Below, piece after piece: positions 43,871 through 58,818 of a stretch of 64,000 nucleotides of DNA. The stretch covers positions 12,524,001-12,588,000 of the forward strand of contig CM022669.1 in the NCBI GenBank assembly GCA_012295275.1, written 5' to 3'. Source of the stretch: Chrysomallon squamiferum (lineage: Eukaryota; Animalia; Mollusca). Each line of letters opens with the position of its first letter. Position 1 is the stretch's first letter. The notes beneath the pieces are model-generated. The model did no database searches, was not told the origin of the DNA, and saw nothing but the letters and a program-made list of their open reading frames with translations. Made by a program: the position numbers and the translations under genes.

Positions 43871-44342
43871 GCATAGATATACACTCACATACATCTCTGT
43901 GTGTACTTGTGTGGTTAGTATATATAAAGTTAAGAAAAAGTCTTAGTGATAAAAGGTATTTCAGGTGTCTGTTATGTAGTTTAAGAAATGTTCTTTAGCA
44001 GTCCTTTAGAAAAATGGAAAAAAGTTTATATGCACAACCATATTTGCACAACCTTTTCTAAGTAAATATTTCATTACGTGGATATTTTACGTTTATTTGG
44101 TTCATTTTAAATTTGTGTCTCATTAATCTGTTATTAATGAAAAGGTATGTAGATTAATTTATAAAGGAAATTCAGTTTTATCTTTCAGACAGTGTTACAG
44201 TATTGATGTTATTCTTCGACGCAAATAGGCGTCTGCACTATCTATTCAGAGTAGAAGAATAAGGTGTGATAATGTGAGGTAATATCTTTTGTGTGCATAC
44301 GTGTGTGCATGCGTGGGTGCGTGCGTTCGTGCGTGTGTATAT

Positions 44343-44480
44343 GTTCTGAATGTTGTTTCTGAAATCGTTGTCCAGTACTACAGTACAACATGAACCAGAT
44401 ACATTTGTTTGTGTACATATGAAATGTTGACCAGGCACCACCCGAATTCGTCCACTGCCTCGGCACGAACATTTTCACAA
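44343..44480 (-). pseudogene. GPCR fragment (ECL3-TM7-H8) fused to an ICL3 stub
   Basis: The minus strand reads ENVRAEAVDEFGWCLVN.. MYTNKCIWFMLYCSTGQRF, followed directly by RNNIQN. Confidence 0.8.
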
Positions 44481-44600
44481 TCTGTCTCAAAAGCATTCTA
44501 TTTATTCGTATTGCAGGCCACTCGTAAATATACATATATATTTGTCTACACACATACACATATACATATATATTTGTCACATATGTGTATATATATTATA

Positions 44601-44668
<68 letters not shown>

Positions 44669-45076
44669 TACACAGACATATACATACATATATATAAAGA
44701 TAAGGAAAAGTCTTATTGTTAATATTTCATAAAATGTATATATATGCATATAATTTAAAACCTCTGAACGCAACGTTTTCTAAGTAAACATTTCGTTATG
44801 TGGATATTTTACGTTTATCTGGGTAATCTTAAAATCTGTGTAGATAAATTTGTGTCACATTAAACTATTAATGAAACTGATATTGAATAATTGATAAAGA
44901 AAATTATGTTTCATCTTCCACACAGTGTTACAGTATTGATTTTATTCTTCGATGCAAATAACTATCAGCACGATCGAACAGAAGAATGAGGTGTGAAAAT
45001 GTGAGGTAATATTATTATATATGTGTTTGTATGCGTGTGTTCATGCTTGCGTACATGCATTCATGCGTGTGTATAC

Positions 45077-45560
45077 GTTCTTGATGTTGTTTTTGCTGGA
45101 CGTGTCATTTTTGAGAACCTGTCGAATACTGGAAACAATTTTGTTGATGATTAAAATGTTGGACACGATGAGAATAAAGGAAGGAACAAATCTGTAGACT
45201 CAAAAATCTATCCATCCATTTTCTCGAACACTTCATATTGATCGTGAAAATATTAGCAGTGAACATTACTCACCAACACCAACAGCCATATTCATGTGTA
45301 AATTGTCCAGCTGGCAGCTCATAAATGCAGCTTACAAGGAATAAAAAACCCCTATACTGCCAAATGTCATAAAATACTAGTCGTACTAGCCAAACTGGAA
45401 GGAAACCGATTCAGAGAGCCAAACTATGAAACACTGCCAGGAATCTTAGAGATAACAATGATGATGTTTGCTTCATCGACAGCTGCATCAAACAAGGAAA
45501 ACCAGAATGTTACCTACAAGAAATCAATATAAACCTCACAGAAAGTAATGGAATACCTTT
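45077..45560 (-). pseudogene. Decayed GPCR pseudogene (TM1 to ICL3, internally deleted)
   Basis: Remnants VGNILVF, LSMKQTSSLLSLRFLAVFHSL, YTxIWLLVLV and YRFVPSFILIVSNILIINKIVSSIRQVLKNDTSSKNNIKN. Confidence 0.85.
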
Positions 45561-45621
45561 ATACGTGTGTGTGTGTGTGTGTGTGTGTGTTGGCGCGTGT
45601 GTCGTTGTGTGAGAGTGTGTT

Positions 45622-45667
<46 letters not shown>

Positions 45668-46031
45668 GAATAAAATAAAATAAAAATATATACATGAAAC
45701 ACTCATGTTACGTTTAATAAGTATGACTTTTGTTTATCTGTTTATTTTATTCTTTACCTGCTTTGCAAAGTCACTGAAGTCATTGTATGGCGTTATTGAA
45801 ATACGTAGTATAGGACATTTTTATTTGAATACTCGTATGTTTCTCTCAGTATGTACAGTTATTCGTTTACTACTATTATGTACCTGTCTTCTTTATTCAT
45901 AGTAAAATAGTTTTTAATATTGAACTGACATATTTCTGTTTTGTGTATCTGAAAGACGTTTAACCAATATATCATACACTAATGCAATATTCCTTGTATT
46001 TACTAAAGGCAAAAATCGCTAATTATAGAAC

Positions 46032-46159
<128 letters not shown>

Positions 46160-49100
46160 AATCAAATTAGTGGCTCTGGTTTCTCTCTTTTTCTGTTTTG
46201 TTAACAATTGTTCATGATAAATTAATTATATAGAAACCTAATTACAATTATCTATCAACCTTTTGATTACTCACATCATTCACAATCCTTTCTTTGGAAG
46301 AAAAGTGAACGGATATTTTTGTTATTCATATACTTTATTTATATATTTTTAAGCTTTATCATTATAAAATCAAAAATCTTCTTTTTTTTCAAATGGCAGT
46401 CATATTGGCAACGTTTACGGTAAATGTTTACTTTACAAAAAGCAAAAACAACAACAAAAATTAGAAAATAATAATGCATTTGACTATTTCCAAATTTTTA
46501 ATTAATATTTTGTCTTTGAAAAAAAGCGGTTATTCCTTGATATTTACGTATTAAAAATTGCTTTTGCTCTTCCTTTAATAATCCAATTCCTTTAAATGCG
46601 TATTTCATGGAAAAACTGCTACTGTTTTAAGATTTCGGCGTTTTGCTGCTGAAGGCTAGAACAGTAAGCCAGGTTAAAGCTGATATCTTTAGAAAGAAGC
46701 CAGTTATTTCTTTTATCCTGCAATCATAAATACTACAAAAACAAAATGCAAAAACTGACAGTTTTCGAGATAAATTCATTCCTAAAAAAAAAAACTATAC
46801 ATTATTTCTACCAGTGCTCGAACATATAGAAATTTATATGGTCATGATTTTCTAGTGATTGCAGGATTTAAACATAAAAAATATTTTTTTTTTTTTTTTT
46901 TTCTTCTTCAAAAACAGCTTGTAATAAATCGTAAACCTGAACTCTGAATTTATTGATATTTAATTTTTTAATGAATTTTCTCATATAAAACGTTTAGCCT
47001 CGATGGTTTAAGCAGGACATTGAAACAAAATACATATTTATCGAAAATGTCGCCATTAATCAGCAAGTAACACTTTTTGTATTGAGCAATTGAAAAAATA
47101 ATAATAAAAACAAATAAGTAAATATAAAAAATTAAATTAAATTAAGAAAAAAAAAACCACAATAAAAAAAACAACAACATTTACTTAAGTGTCTTTATGG
47201 AGATACGAAACATTTGTGAAGTAGGTTAATTGTTTGAAATCAAGTGTACTTATTCGGTAAATACATTTTGCTTTTACCAATTCATTCTTTGGGACAACAA
47301 TGAATGTATATTGATTTTACGTTTAATATTAATGTTCATTGTTTTCCGTTACTGTTACAAACTCGATCGTTTTTAAATTAACATATAACACAGTAATGAA
47401 TATATTTTTTCTAGGACAAAGCCATGGAAAATTCAGTAAATTAAATATTTAAAGATCTTAAAAAAAAGTAGCTTGAACCGTGTGACTTGGAAGAAGAGGT
47501 TGAGGTCTACCTTTCAGTGAGCTTTTTAAATATAACTTCTATCTTCATGGAACATTGCAATAATAAAAAATAATAATAATAAAAAAAAAAAAAATAAAAA
47601 AATAAATAAAACATAATAATAATAATAGTAGTAGTAGTAATAATAATAATATAATAATAAGAATAATAATAATAATAAGAATAAGAATAAGAATAATAAT
47701 AAGAAGAAGATGAAGAAGAAGAACGATAATGATGATAATAATAACAGTAGTAGTAATAATATGTATGATGATAATAAACAGAGTCATAAGGTACTGGAAT
47801 TGTGACAGTCGACTAATATATTTCAAGGAAATGCACAAATCATTCTTTTATATTACACTTGGTTATTAATTAAAAGTGAATGGCGAAAAGAAAAACAAAT
47901 AAAATAAAACTAGGAAGTGCGCAGAATAAATTCAGACTATTTCTTTGTATAAAGGTACACTTTGTATAAATTATACTTTAATGAAACTGAATTTAGACAG
48001 AAAAGAAGTAAAGGGAAACTAAACAAAAAATAAAACAAAATAAAACAAAAATAATAATTTGAAACATTATATGGATATTGTGTATACTAATAACAAGTAG
48101 GACTTCGTGCTGTGTTTAATAATTTCATTATCTCGTTTTAAAACAAAACAAACAACGGATTACAACATAAACACATAAAATCTGACTAACTGCAATGCTG
48201 AACGGTAGACAAGCTTTTCAACTATATATATGTAATATAGTTCCTGGCATCTTTGCGAGTAACGTCAGCGGCCTATCAATAGATCCTCGAAATTTCCTTT
48301 GTCATTTTTATTGTATTTTTACTCAGTCAGATTACCATAGCAGAAACAGTTAAAAATTAGATGCTCGAAAATATTTTCTCAAAGAAGTTTCGCATTTTGG
48401 TTATTAATTTAATTTAATTTAATTTTTTAACACTTTCTCTTTTACATGATTTCACAACAGAATTATTAACCAAGTCGTTTTCAGCGTGATGTTATATATC
48501 CATCAATACACCAAGTTAATTTGACTCGAATATAAGAAAGAAAAAGGAAAAAGAAAAATCATACACAAAAACACATGAAAAAGCACGCCGCAACACCCCT
48601 CAAAGCCACACAAAAAACAGTATTAAAAAATAACAAACAAACAAACAAACAAACAAACAAAAGAACCCCGCAAAAAGAAAAAGAATCAACAAACTGTAAC
48701 AACAACGAAAAGAAAACAAACAACAACTACCTCTGGCGCAGGAAAAAAAGAAGAAAGAAAGGCACTGTGAATTTCCAATTTACGATTATGAAACAGTTAC
48801 TACATTAAAAGCTATACTAGTGAGAGCACAGTAAATTCTCAGTTTAACTCAATCCAATTCAACGTAACCGCAAATAAAGGGGACTAATTCCTTCAGACTA
48901 GCATCAACCGCTTGAATTCCCCTGGAACTGTGATTGGTATCCGTATTTTACTCAATGTTTCTACTGGTCGTTTTACGTGTGTCATAGTGGACTAAGTCAC
49001 GTGAACTCCCTTTTGTGGCATGTATCATCTGATTCTCATTGTTGTGTCACTGTAATCGTTTAGTAAACGTAACTGCAAAAATTTAAAATAAATGTTTCAT

Positions 49101-51796
49101 ATTATAATATTAAAATAAATAAAATTACAGTGTTATAATATTAAAACAATTAAGCTTACAGTGTTGTATTATTAAAATCTTATTGTTTTAAAACATTTGC
49201 GATTTGACGGACTTTTTGATACAACGAACATTCCTTCAATCCTACCATCCGGGTAAATCGAATGATTGTTTACTGTACTATCGTATTTTACTAGTTAATG
49301 GACATGAGACATAACTGTAAAAAATAACATAAAGTCTCTTAAGACTATTTAGCATTAGAAAAGTAGAAAAGATTTTTGTAATATCAGTAGTCACTAATTG
49401 CTTAAAGTAAACTGTAATGATTTATTGATTATTCCAATTTTCCTTACTTACCGAAGTAGTTTAAGATTGTTTCAATTCATTCACTTACCAATTGATTTTT
49501 TTAGTTATACTAATAAGATATGCTTGTTTTTGTTATCATTTTCACTCTAGATAAAACTGAAAAGAAAAATATAATTTGAAGAAATTGTGTGTATAAATAT
49601 AGTATCTTAATTCTTTTCTAGTTCTTGTTATTAAGCAATAGAAATTTGATGAAGGACAATTCTGTGTTACAGCGTGTGTGCGTGTGTGTGTGTGTGTGTG
49701 TTAGATTAAAGCGATAGAACAGACTAATGTTAATATAGTCAGGAGAGACAAAGCTAGGCAATGATCAGTTTGTATATAACATTAGGTTTTGTTCCCTTCC
49801 TACGAGTAATAACCCTTTTGTTTAAAACGTCTGACATTTTAATATATAGATACATACAGGAAGCCAGCTACCGAAAAGCGATTTTATGATGTTTTTGAAT
49901 AATTTGTACGCAAGAAGAATATTCTAAAATCACTTTTGGTTTGGAATAGTTTTGTTATGTTTTTCATTTGCATTGGAATATTGTGATGAAATATTCACCA
50001 AAATATTGTTGTTTATTTTTTTTATTTTTTTTACTTTTTTTATTTGTTTATATGCATATGTAAAATTATTTATTTATAAATAGTTTTTTTTTGATAGCCT
50101 TTCATTGTTACTGTTGTATAATTTTATTTTATTACAGTATTCAATGCCGTGTTTCCATTCGGGATGAACGCGATGCAACCTGGGGAATCACAAACGAAAA
50201 TCGTATGTATCTACAAGCAAAATGATAAATAAAGATAAAACATTACCATTAATTGTATTTCATTTGCAAAGCAAAGATGCATCCAGACAAAGAAACTAAC
50301 TGACAGGCTACAAGGAAACTGTTCTGACACTGTATGATAGTGTAATGATGAAACATAGCTATGCATGTTTTGTATGAACACCTTAATCAAATAAACCAAA
50401 GCGATTTCTGCTTTCGCTGAGTAGATGAGAGAAAAAAGAAGAAAAAATGTTTGTTTCGCAGTGGAAATATGCTATTAAATTTGGCGTTCTATTCCTGGGC
50501 CTCAATTCAGTTGCTACAATTCAATAGTGAGAGTGACTGTATGCAACTTTTCTTTATTTCCATCTGTTTCTTCATCATTTATTTTGCAATTTGTTTCTAA
50601 ACAGCAGACATCAGATTTCGAGTTAAAAGCAACACAAAAACCTTCTTCGATCATTTCAGTTTCCTTACTTCATTTTGGTATTTTCGATTGTTGGGAGTTC
50701 CAATGAAAACAATATTAACAAGAAGAAGATCAAAATATAAAACAAAAATTAAATTATTTCTAATCTTTCTAGCTCATTACATAAAAACAGCCTAATTACC
50801 ATATCTTGTGTTTGAAACAGGAGAAAATAAGTGATTGTCTTTTAATATCTGTCGTTTCTATCGACAGAAGTATTTCATTGTCTTACGTGTTATTACTCAG
50901 AAATCAGTCATTTTAACTCTGAGTATTATTTCTGCTTTCAGGTTTTTATCTAAAGTAAGATAAAATTTACCTGTTATCTGATGATATAATACTTAAACCT
51001 ATGAAGATTCAAAAAACGTTAAATTAATTACTCATGTTTAACTCGGTGCTTCTGAAAATTGTTTAAATATTTATATGAACTTTTATCCAGTATGTATATA
51101 TGTATGTGTGTATATATATGTGTGTATGTATGTATGTATGTACGTATGCATGTATGTATGTATGCATGTATGTATGCATATATATCTGTAAGATTTTATC
51201 TAACATTTTTTTATATAACTCAAATGGATTCTTAACGAAGCGAAATCACTTAATACCGTTCAAGTATTTACATAAAGGTCTGTAGTGTAAGCTTGCTATG
51301 GAGAAGTGAAAGCAAAGTAAATTTCTATGTATTCATCTCCTTTTATACAAATCAGTAAAGTTATATGACGCTTTTATTGAGATAAAAGAAAAATAAGCCC
51401 TTATCACCCGAGAATCTTTAAAATAAATAGTAATTTCAAGAAAAGAAAACCTACAACAAAACAAAACAATAACAGCTATTAAAACAACAGCAGTAAAAAT
51501 ACCCCACAAAACTACAACAAAAGAACAAGAAAAACAACAACAACAACAATATTAGAACAATAACAACATTTTTTGCAGTAGTGGAGAATATACTAAATAT
51601 AACAAGCAAACCAAGAGAATAACAAATAATTTTATTATCTAAATCCGTCCAAAATAAAAAAACGAACAACAAATATCTGGGATTTTAGTAAACACTAGTT
51701 TAATACACTGACTTGACTATGTAACATGATCTTCATGTACCGACAACAAAACTGAACTGTGTAAGTTTAGCTTTTTAGTTATTCTTCTTTCCTAAC

Positions 51797-52400
51797 GGTT
51801 GTTGGTGTCAGTGACGCTGGAAAGATGTTTGTCTGTCTGTTTTCCACACAAAAAAAAAAAATAATATGTACGAGACGTGTATCTGTTGTTATAATTGTGT
51901 CCATAATTTAATAATGACCATTTTGTCAGCACGTTACATTTTTGGATATGGCGATTTTGAAGAATGTGAAGGAAATAACAGCTACTAATGATGAATACCA
52001 TAAATTTGATAATACAGTTTCGTCATCGTATGCAACATTTTAATCACTTACACAACGGATTTTGCAGAATGGCACGTCCAGTGGAAACAACATTCAGAAC
52101 AGATCTGCATCAGTTCGACGAAATGAACCCTCATCTTGATGTTGCTTGTCGTAAGTGGGACTTACGTAATTTGTACAATTCTTTTTTTTTTGTAATAATC
52201 ACATATGACAATGTATTTTTTACCAAGTTGAAATGGTACTAGACGAATTCAGATGGTCCTTGGGCAGTATTTTGATGTACACAACAACTGTATCAATTTT
52301 GTGTTGTACTGCAGTACTGGACAACATTTTTCGACAAGAACTTGAAAATTTTTAATTTCGTGACCTAACATCTGAGATGGCAATTTGTCAGAGTTATAAA
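51797..52400 (+). pseudogene. 5'-truncated, indel-riddled GPCR copy (TM3 to C-terminus)
   Basis: Begins LLVSVTLERCLSVCFPH; contains AACAACATTCAGAACAGATCTGCATCAGTTCGACGAAAT (identical to gene 22514) and NNCINFVLYCSTGQHF. Confidence 0.88.
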
Positions 52401-53420
52401 TTATAATGCATTAGTCATTATTGTTTGTTTTCATTATTAATGCATTTAAAACTATTCATTTTGTAATAATGAAATGTGCTTTTCAATCAACAACGACAGT
52501 AAACATCTTAGGACACTTGTTGTAACTGTTCTTAAAAGAAACGAAACAAATTTATTGAAATAAAATCAATATACATTAATTATTGTCCCAAAGAATGAGT
52601 CGAGAAAGTAAATTTTATTGAACACCGAGGTTATAGAATTGGTATCAATAAAGCAAATAACCTATTTCAGCAAATGCCTCAATAGTCGATAAAGACTCTA
52701 TCTAAATGTTTTGTATTTAAATGAAATTTGGATTGCTTTCTCTCTTTTTGCTGTTATTTTTCATGATTGTTCATGTTTTAAAATTGCACAGAAAACTAAT
52801 TACGTTTATTTTTCAAAAACTTTTGATTAAACTCATTTTAAAACCATTTGAAAATGAACATTTGTTATTCTTTATATATTTTATATTTAAAGATTTTTAA
52901 GCTGTATCATTAAAAAATAAAAATAATTTTTGTTTTCAAAATTATTTTTTATTTTTTAACGTTTTAGCGGAAAAATTTTCTAAACATAAAAAATATAAAA
53001 AGAAAACAAAATGTTCATTTGACAAATGGTTTTCAAAATGTTTAATTAATCAAAAGTTTGAAAAAAACGTAATTAGTTTTTTCGTATTAAGAATTGCTTT
53101 TTTGCTCTTCCTTTTTAATCAAATTTTTTAAATGTTTACAAAACATTTACCTTCAGTGTCTTTATCGACAATTGAGGCATTTGCTGAAATAGGTTATTTG
53201 CTTGATACCAAAAAGTATTCTTCTTTATTTAAATAATATTTACTTTCACCAATTTTTTTTTTTGGGACATTAATTTATTTATTTTTATTATTTTCACATA
53301 TATTTTTTTTTTTTTTGCTGAGTTAGTTGCACAGATGCTGTCGTTGTTGATTGACTTCCTTTGCTATTACAAACTGAATAGTTTTTGCATTAATATATGA
53401 CACAATAATGACTACATTAT
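52400..53420. repeat. Imperfect palindrome (fold-back) of about 1 kb centred near 52934
   Basis: Paired arms: 52640-52697 GCAAATAACCTATTTCAGCAAATGCCTCAATAGTCGATAAAGAC vs 53157-53210; 52792-52864 vs 53007-53080; 52401-52508 vs 53332-53420. Confidence 0.85.
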
Positions 53421-55654
53421 CTTTTTGTTTTGTTTGTGATGTTTTTAAATATTTTAAAGATCTTGAAAAATGTTCCTTGAACCGGTTGACTTTAAGAAGG
53501 GTGGAGGTTTACTTTTTTCTGTTCGCTTTTAAATATAACTATGTTCATGGCAATATTAAAATAAATAAATTCCAACAACAACAACAACAACAACAACAAC
53601 ATTTCTTAATAATAATTATAATAGTTTAAGAAGAAAAATGAAATGATAATAATAATATTTATGATTATAATAGTAGTAGTAGGAATAGAAGTAATAATAA
53701 TAAAACAATAATGATGATAATAATGATGATGATGGTAAACAGAGTCATGAAATAAACAATAGAATTAACGAAATTAAAGTAATGTGCATCATTATTTCAT
53801 TTTAGAAGGATTTAGATCAAATTCAATATCGAGTGGAATGGATAGATACAAATTGATATTATAATTATATGTTAATAACAACAATAATACAAAACAACAA
53901 ACAAACAAACAAAAATTCCCGGAAAAAATAAAAACAATCAACAAACTACAACAACAACAAGAAAACAAGTACTACCACCTTACCCCGTAGACAAAAAAAA
54001 AAAAAAAAAAAAAAAAAAAATAATAAAAAAAATAAAAATAATAATAAAATAAAGAACTCTCTTTTGTAGCATGTATCATCTGATTATCATTGTTGTGTCA
54101 CTGTAATCGTTTAGTGAAGGTAACTGTAAACATTTAAAAACATTTATAAACCCATGTAAACTCTTAACAGTCATAAAACTGTAACAGCAATCAAAATTCT
54201 TTTCACCGATTACCTTCAATGTATCACGGTTTTGGATTTTTCTAAATGGAACAGTTAAATTGTTTTCATGTAATATAGGTGTGTACAGTATACTTGAAAT
54301 GGAAGTAAATATAACAGTAGTTCTCTTTGTAGTGTAATATTGATTGGTGACTGTTAATGATTTATGTTTAGAATAAAAATCATTTTCTTACATGGACTAA
54401 TTAATTCTATGTTTTTAATTTGGAAAGAATCATATCTTCCTTTTGAAATATGTTATGCAATACTTTCAAGTTATATTTTTCTGTCCAGTCTTAAATAACG
54501 TCGTCTAAAGAGTTGAGTTTTACAACATCAGAGCGCGACCATAATTTTAGTGTATTCATTACGTGTTTGCGCATAACTTGTATATATTTATGCATGTGTG
54601 AGGGTGTGTGTGTCTATATGTATGTGTATATGTATATATATATGCTTGTGTGTGTTTATGCATATATGTACAATTAGCTGAAACAAAGAATTTAAGGGAT
54701 ATGTGACTGTGTATCTGTGTGTGTGTGTGTGTGTGTGTGTGTTAGATTAAATCTGATTAAAGCGATAGAACATACTAATGTTAATATAGTCAGGAGAGAC
54801 AAAGCTAGGCAATGATCAGTTTGTATATAACATTTGTCTCCCTTCCTACGAGTAATAACTGTTTTGTTCAAAATGTCTGACATTTTAATATATAGTTACC
54901 TACATGAAACTAGCAATAGAAAAGCGATATTCTGATCTTTTTGAATAACTTGTACGGAAGAAGAATATTCTAAAATCACTTTTGGGTTGGAACAGTTTTG
55001 TTATGTATTTCTTTTGCATTGGAATATTGTGATGAAATATTTACCACAATGTGATTTTTCTTGTTGTTTTTTTTAAATTTGTTTATATGTATATGTAAAT
55101 TTATTTATTTTTACATGTTTTTTCTTGTTAGCTTTTTCTTGTTAGTGTTGTATAATTTTATTTTATTACAGTAATCAGTGCCGTATTTCCATTCGGGATG
55201 AACAGCAGACATCAGATTTCGAGTTAAAAGCAACAGACAAACCTTCTTCGTTAATTTCAGTTTCCTTTCTTCATTTTGGTACTTTGGTTTGTTGGGAATT
55301 CCGATGAAAACAATATTAACAAGAAGAAAATCAAAATCTAAAACAAAAATTTAATTTCGTCTTATTTCTAATCTTTTGAGCTCATTACATAAAAACAGCC
55401 TTATTACCATATCTTGTGTTTCGAACAGGAGAAAACAACTAATTGTATTTTAATATCTGTCGTTTCTATCGACAGATGTATTTCATTGCCTTACGTGTTA
55501 TTACTCAGAAATTAGTAATTTTAATTATGAGTATTATTTCTGCTTTCAATTTTGTTTCTAAAGTAAGATAAAATATACGTATTATCTGATGATATAATAC
55601 GTGAAATTAGTTAAACATGTTTAACTTGGTCCTTGTTAAAATTGTTTAAATATT

Positions 55655-55686
<32 letters not shown>

Positions 55687-56689
55687 TGTATGTATGTACA
55701 TATGTATGTACGTATGTATGTATCTAAGGTTTTATATAACTCAAATGGATTCTTACAGAAGCGATATCACTTAATACCGTTCAAGTATTTACATAAAGGT
55801 CTGTAGTGTAAGCTTGCTATGGAGAAGTAAAAGCAAAGTAAATTTGTATGTAGTTCATCTCTTTTTATACAAATCAGTAAAGTTATATGACGCTTTTATT
55901 GCGATAAAAGAAAAATATGCCTTTACCATCCATTTGTGACCGAGAATCTGTTAAAATAAATAGTAATTTCAAGAAAGAAACCCAGAACAAAACAAAACAA
56001 AACAGCTATAAAAACAACAGCAGTAAGAAAAAAAAGGAAAACAAAACAACAAAACAGCAAGACAACAAGAAAAATAACAAAATAAATATAGCAAAAGAAG
56101 AACAACATTTTGGCAGTAGTGGAGAACGTAACAAATATAATAAGGAAACTAACAGAATAACAAAGAAAATAAAACAGTATTATATTATTTAAAACCGACC
56201 AAAACAAACAAACGAGCAGCCACTAACAACAAGTATCTGGGTTTTTAGTAAACACTGGTTTAATACACTGACTTGACTGCGTAACAAGATCTTCAAAAGT
56301 CAAGTCTATATCTTCTTATTTGCACATTTCCATTCCAAGAATATATCAAAGTAGATAGTTTTAATAATTAAGAAATATTTTTGTTGTTGTTGTACTTCTT
56401 CTTATTATTACTTTTTTTTTCACTAATAACATTATCGTTATAAGAAATAAAGAATAACATATAATCATTTTTGGTTTATTTTGACAGCTTTATTTAATTT
56501 AAACATTTTCATTTGCAGTGAAACATCTGTGAAAAACTATTTAAACACACTGAAAGCCTAAACTCTTAGGATTCATAAAAAGAAAATAAAAGTGATTTTT
56601 AAATCGTTTATGTTACATGCTACTTCAGAAGCTTTTTAGTTCCTTTGAGATTAAATATGTTAGATGATTGTGTTAGAACAAATAAAATG

Positions 56690-56724
<35 letters not shown>

Positions 56725-57413
56725 ACAAAAAAACCCCACAAAAAAAACAAACAGAACAAACAAAGAAAAACAATTATTTGCTCCGGTAATATAAGTTATT
56801 TTACACTAGAGACAAGACAGTTGACATTATTTATAGTACAACATCCAGCTGTACTCTAGAGATCTCATTAGCAAAGTAATCTTGACTCAAGTATACATGA
56901 TAGCAACGGCTTGAGCAGTTAATTTTTGAAAATAAATAAATACTCTTAGAAAATGAGAGAGAGAGAGAGAGGGAGAGATAGAGAGGGAGAGAGAGAGGGA
57001 GAGATAGAGAGGGAGAGAGAGAGGGAGAGAGAAAGTAAGCTCATATTTCTAATTATTAATATAAACTAACACGTATTAGTATGATAGACTGAAGTTTTTA
57101 GCATGTTCAATGAAGTCTTTCATCTACACTATTAGTAAAAGAAAAATCTCGAAATGAGAAAGTGAAAAACTGAGAATCACAAGTCTTTGCCCAGCAAAAA
57201 TACATTAATAAACACTGTATCATTTCTCAAGTCATCGAAATCAATTACAATGAACAGAAAGTCTCAGAAGATCAATATCAGTAAATTCTTTACATATATT
57301 TAACGCAATATATTTATGTTTTTTCTTTGAAAGATACACCGTCAGCATTAGTAATGTTATTATACATATTCTAATAATACTTAATCAAAGACAGAGAATT
57401 AACTGGACTTATA

Positions 57414-58195
57414 TTACACTGAATGAATCTGGGTCATTGGCACACTGTAGATCTGAGACTGTCTTCTCTCACGATCACAAAACAAAGTCCGCATTTCTTG
57501 TCGAAATCGTTGTCCAGTACTGCAGTATAACACGAAATTGATACAGTTGTTTGTGTACATCAACATATTGACCAGGCACCATATTAATGTGTCTACTGCC
57601 TCGTCCCGAACATTTTCGAAGTCGCCACGGAAATTATTGTCATATATGATTTGAACAGAAACAGGAGTTGTACAAATTACGTACTTCGCACTTACGACTA
57701 GCATCATGAATGTGATGGATGAGGTCTGATTTCGTCGAACTGATGCAGATCTGTTCTGAATGTTGTTTCCATTGGACGTGTCATTCTGCAAAATCTGTCG
57801 ATTACCAGAAACAATTTTGTATATGATTAAAATGTTACATACGATGAGAATAAAAGAAGGTAAGAAACTATAGATAGTAAAATCTATCCATGGCCAAACT
57901 ATAAGCTCAAATTCGTTGTACTTATCAGTATTAGGTACACAGTGAAGAATATATGTCTCATTTCCTTTGGTTATTTCAGAGTCGCCGAATCCAAAAATGT
58001 AATGTCCTGGCAAAACAGCCATTATTAAAATTATGGACGCAATTATAACAATAGTTACACGTCTCGTACATATTATTCTTACTTTATGTGGAAACCACAT
58101 AGACAAACATCTTTCCAACGTCACCGACCACCAACATCCACGTCGACATGTACACTGTCGAAAAAGCCGACCATATCAGCAGCTTGCAAGCAAGC
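57414..58195 (-). pseudogene. 5'-truncated GPCR (TM3 to stop; 236-codon open 3' part)
   Basis: ORF 57414-58124 is intact from VTLERC to the stop. Upstream ACKLLIWSAFSTVYMSTWMLV is shifted by one extra base, and TM1-TM2 are missing. Confidence 0.92.
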
Positions 58196-58196
58196 C

Positions 58197-58292
58197 CTCA
58201 GAGTTTCTAGAAATCGTTGTACTGCAGTATAATAGAAAATTGATACAGCTGTATGTGTACATCAAAATGCTGACCAGAAACCATATATACAC
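58197..58292 (-). pseudogene. Isolated TM7/H8 fragment of another GPCR, fused upstream of the 57414 copy
   Basis: IWFLVSILMYTYSCINFLLYCST in ORF 58176-58535. Confidence 0.8.
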
Positions 58293-58763
58293 CATATATA
58301 CAAAAAACAAAATGCAATAACTCACAGTTCTCGAGATAAATTCATTCCTGAAAAACCTATACATTATTTTTACAAGTGCCCGAAAATAGATATTTATTTC
58401 TTTGCCATCAAAAAGAGCTTGTAATAAATCGTATAGCTGAACTCTGTCTTTTTCGAGAAGCGAGACATTTGTGAAGTAGGTTATATGTTTTATATGAAGT
58501 GTACTTATTCGGTAAATACATTTTGCTTTTACCAATTCATTCTTTGGGACAACAATGAATGTATATTGATTTTATGTTTAATATCGATGTTCATTGTCTT
58601 CCTCTACTGTTACAAACTCAAGAGTTTTTAAATTAATATATGACACAGTAATGACTATATTTTTGCTAAGACAAAACCATGGAACATGGCAATAATAAAA
58701 TAATAATAATAATCATAATAATAATAATAATAAAAAAATAAATCAATAAAATTAGTCATATTG

Positions 58764-58818
<55 letters not shown>

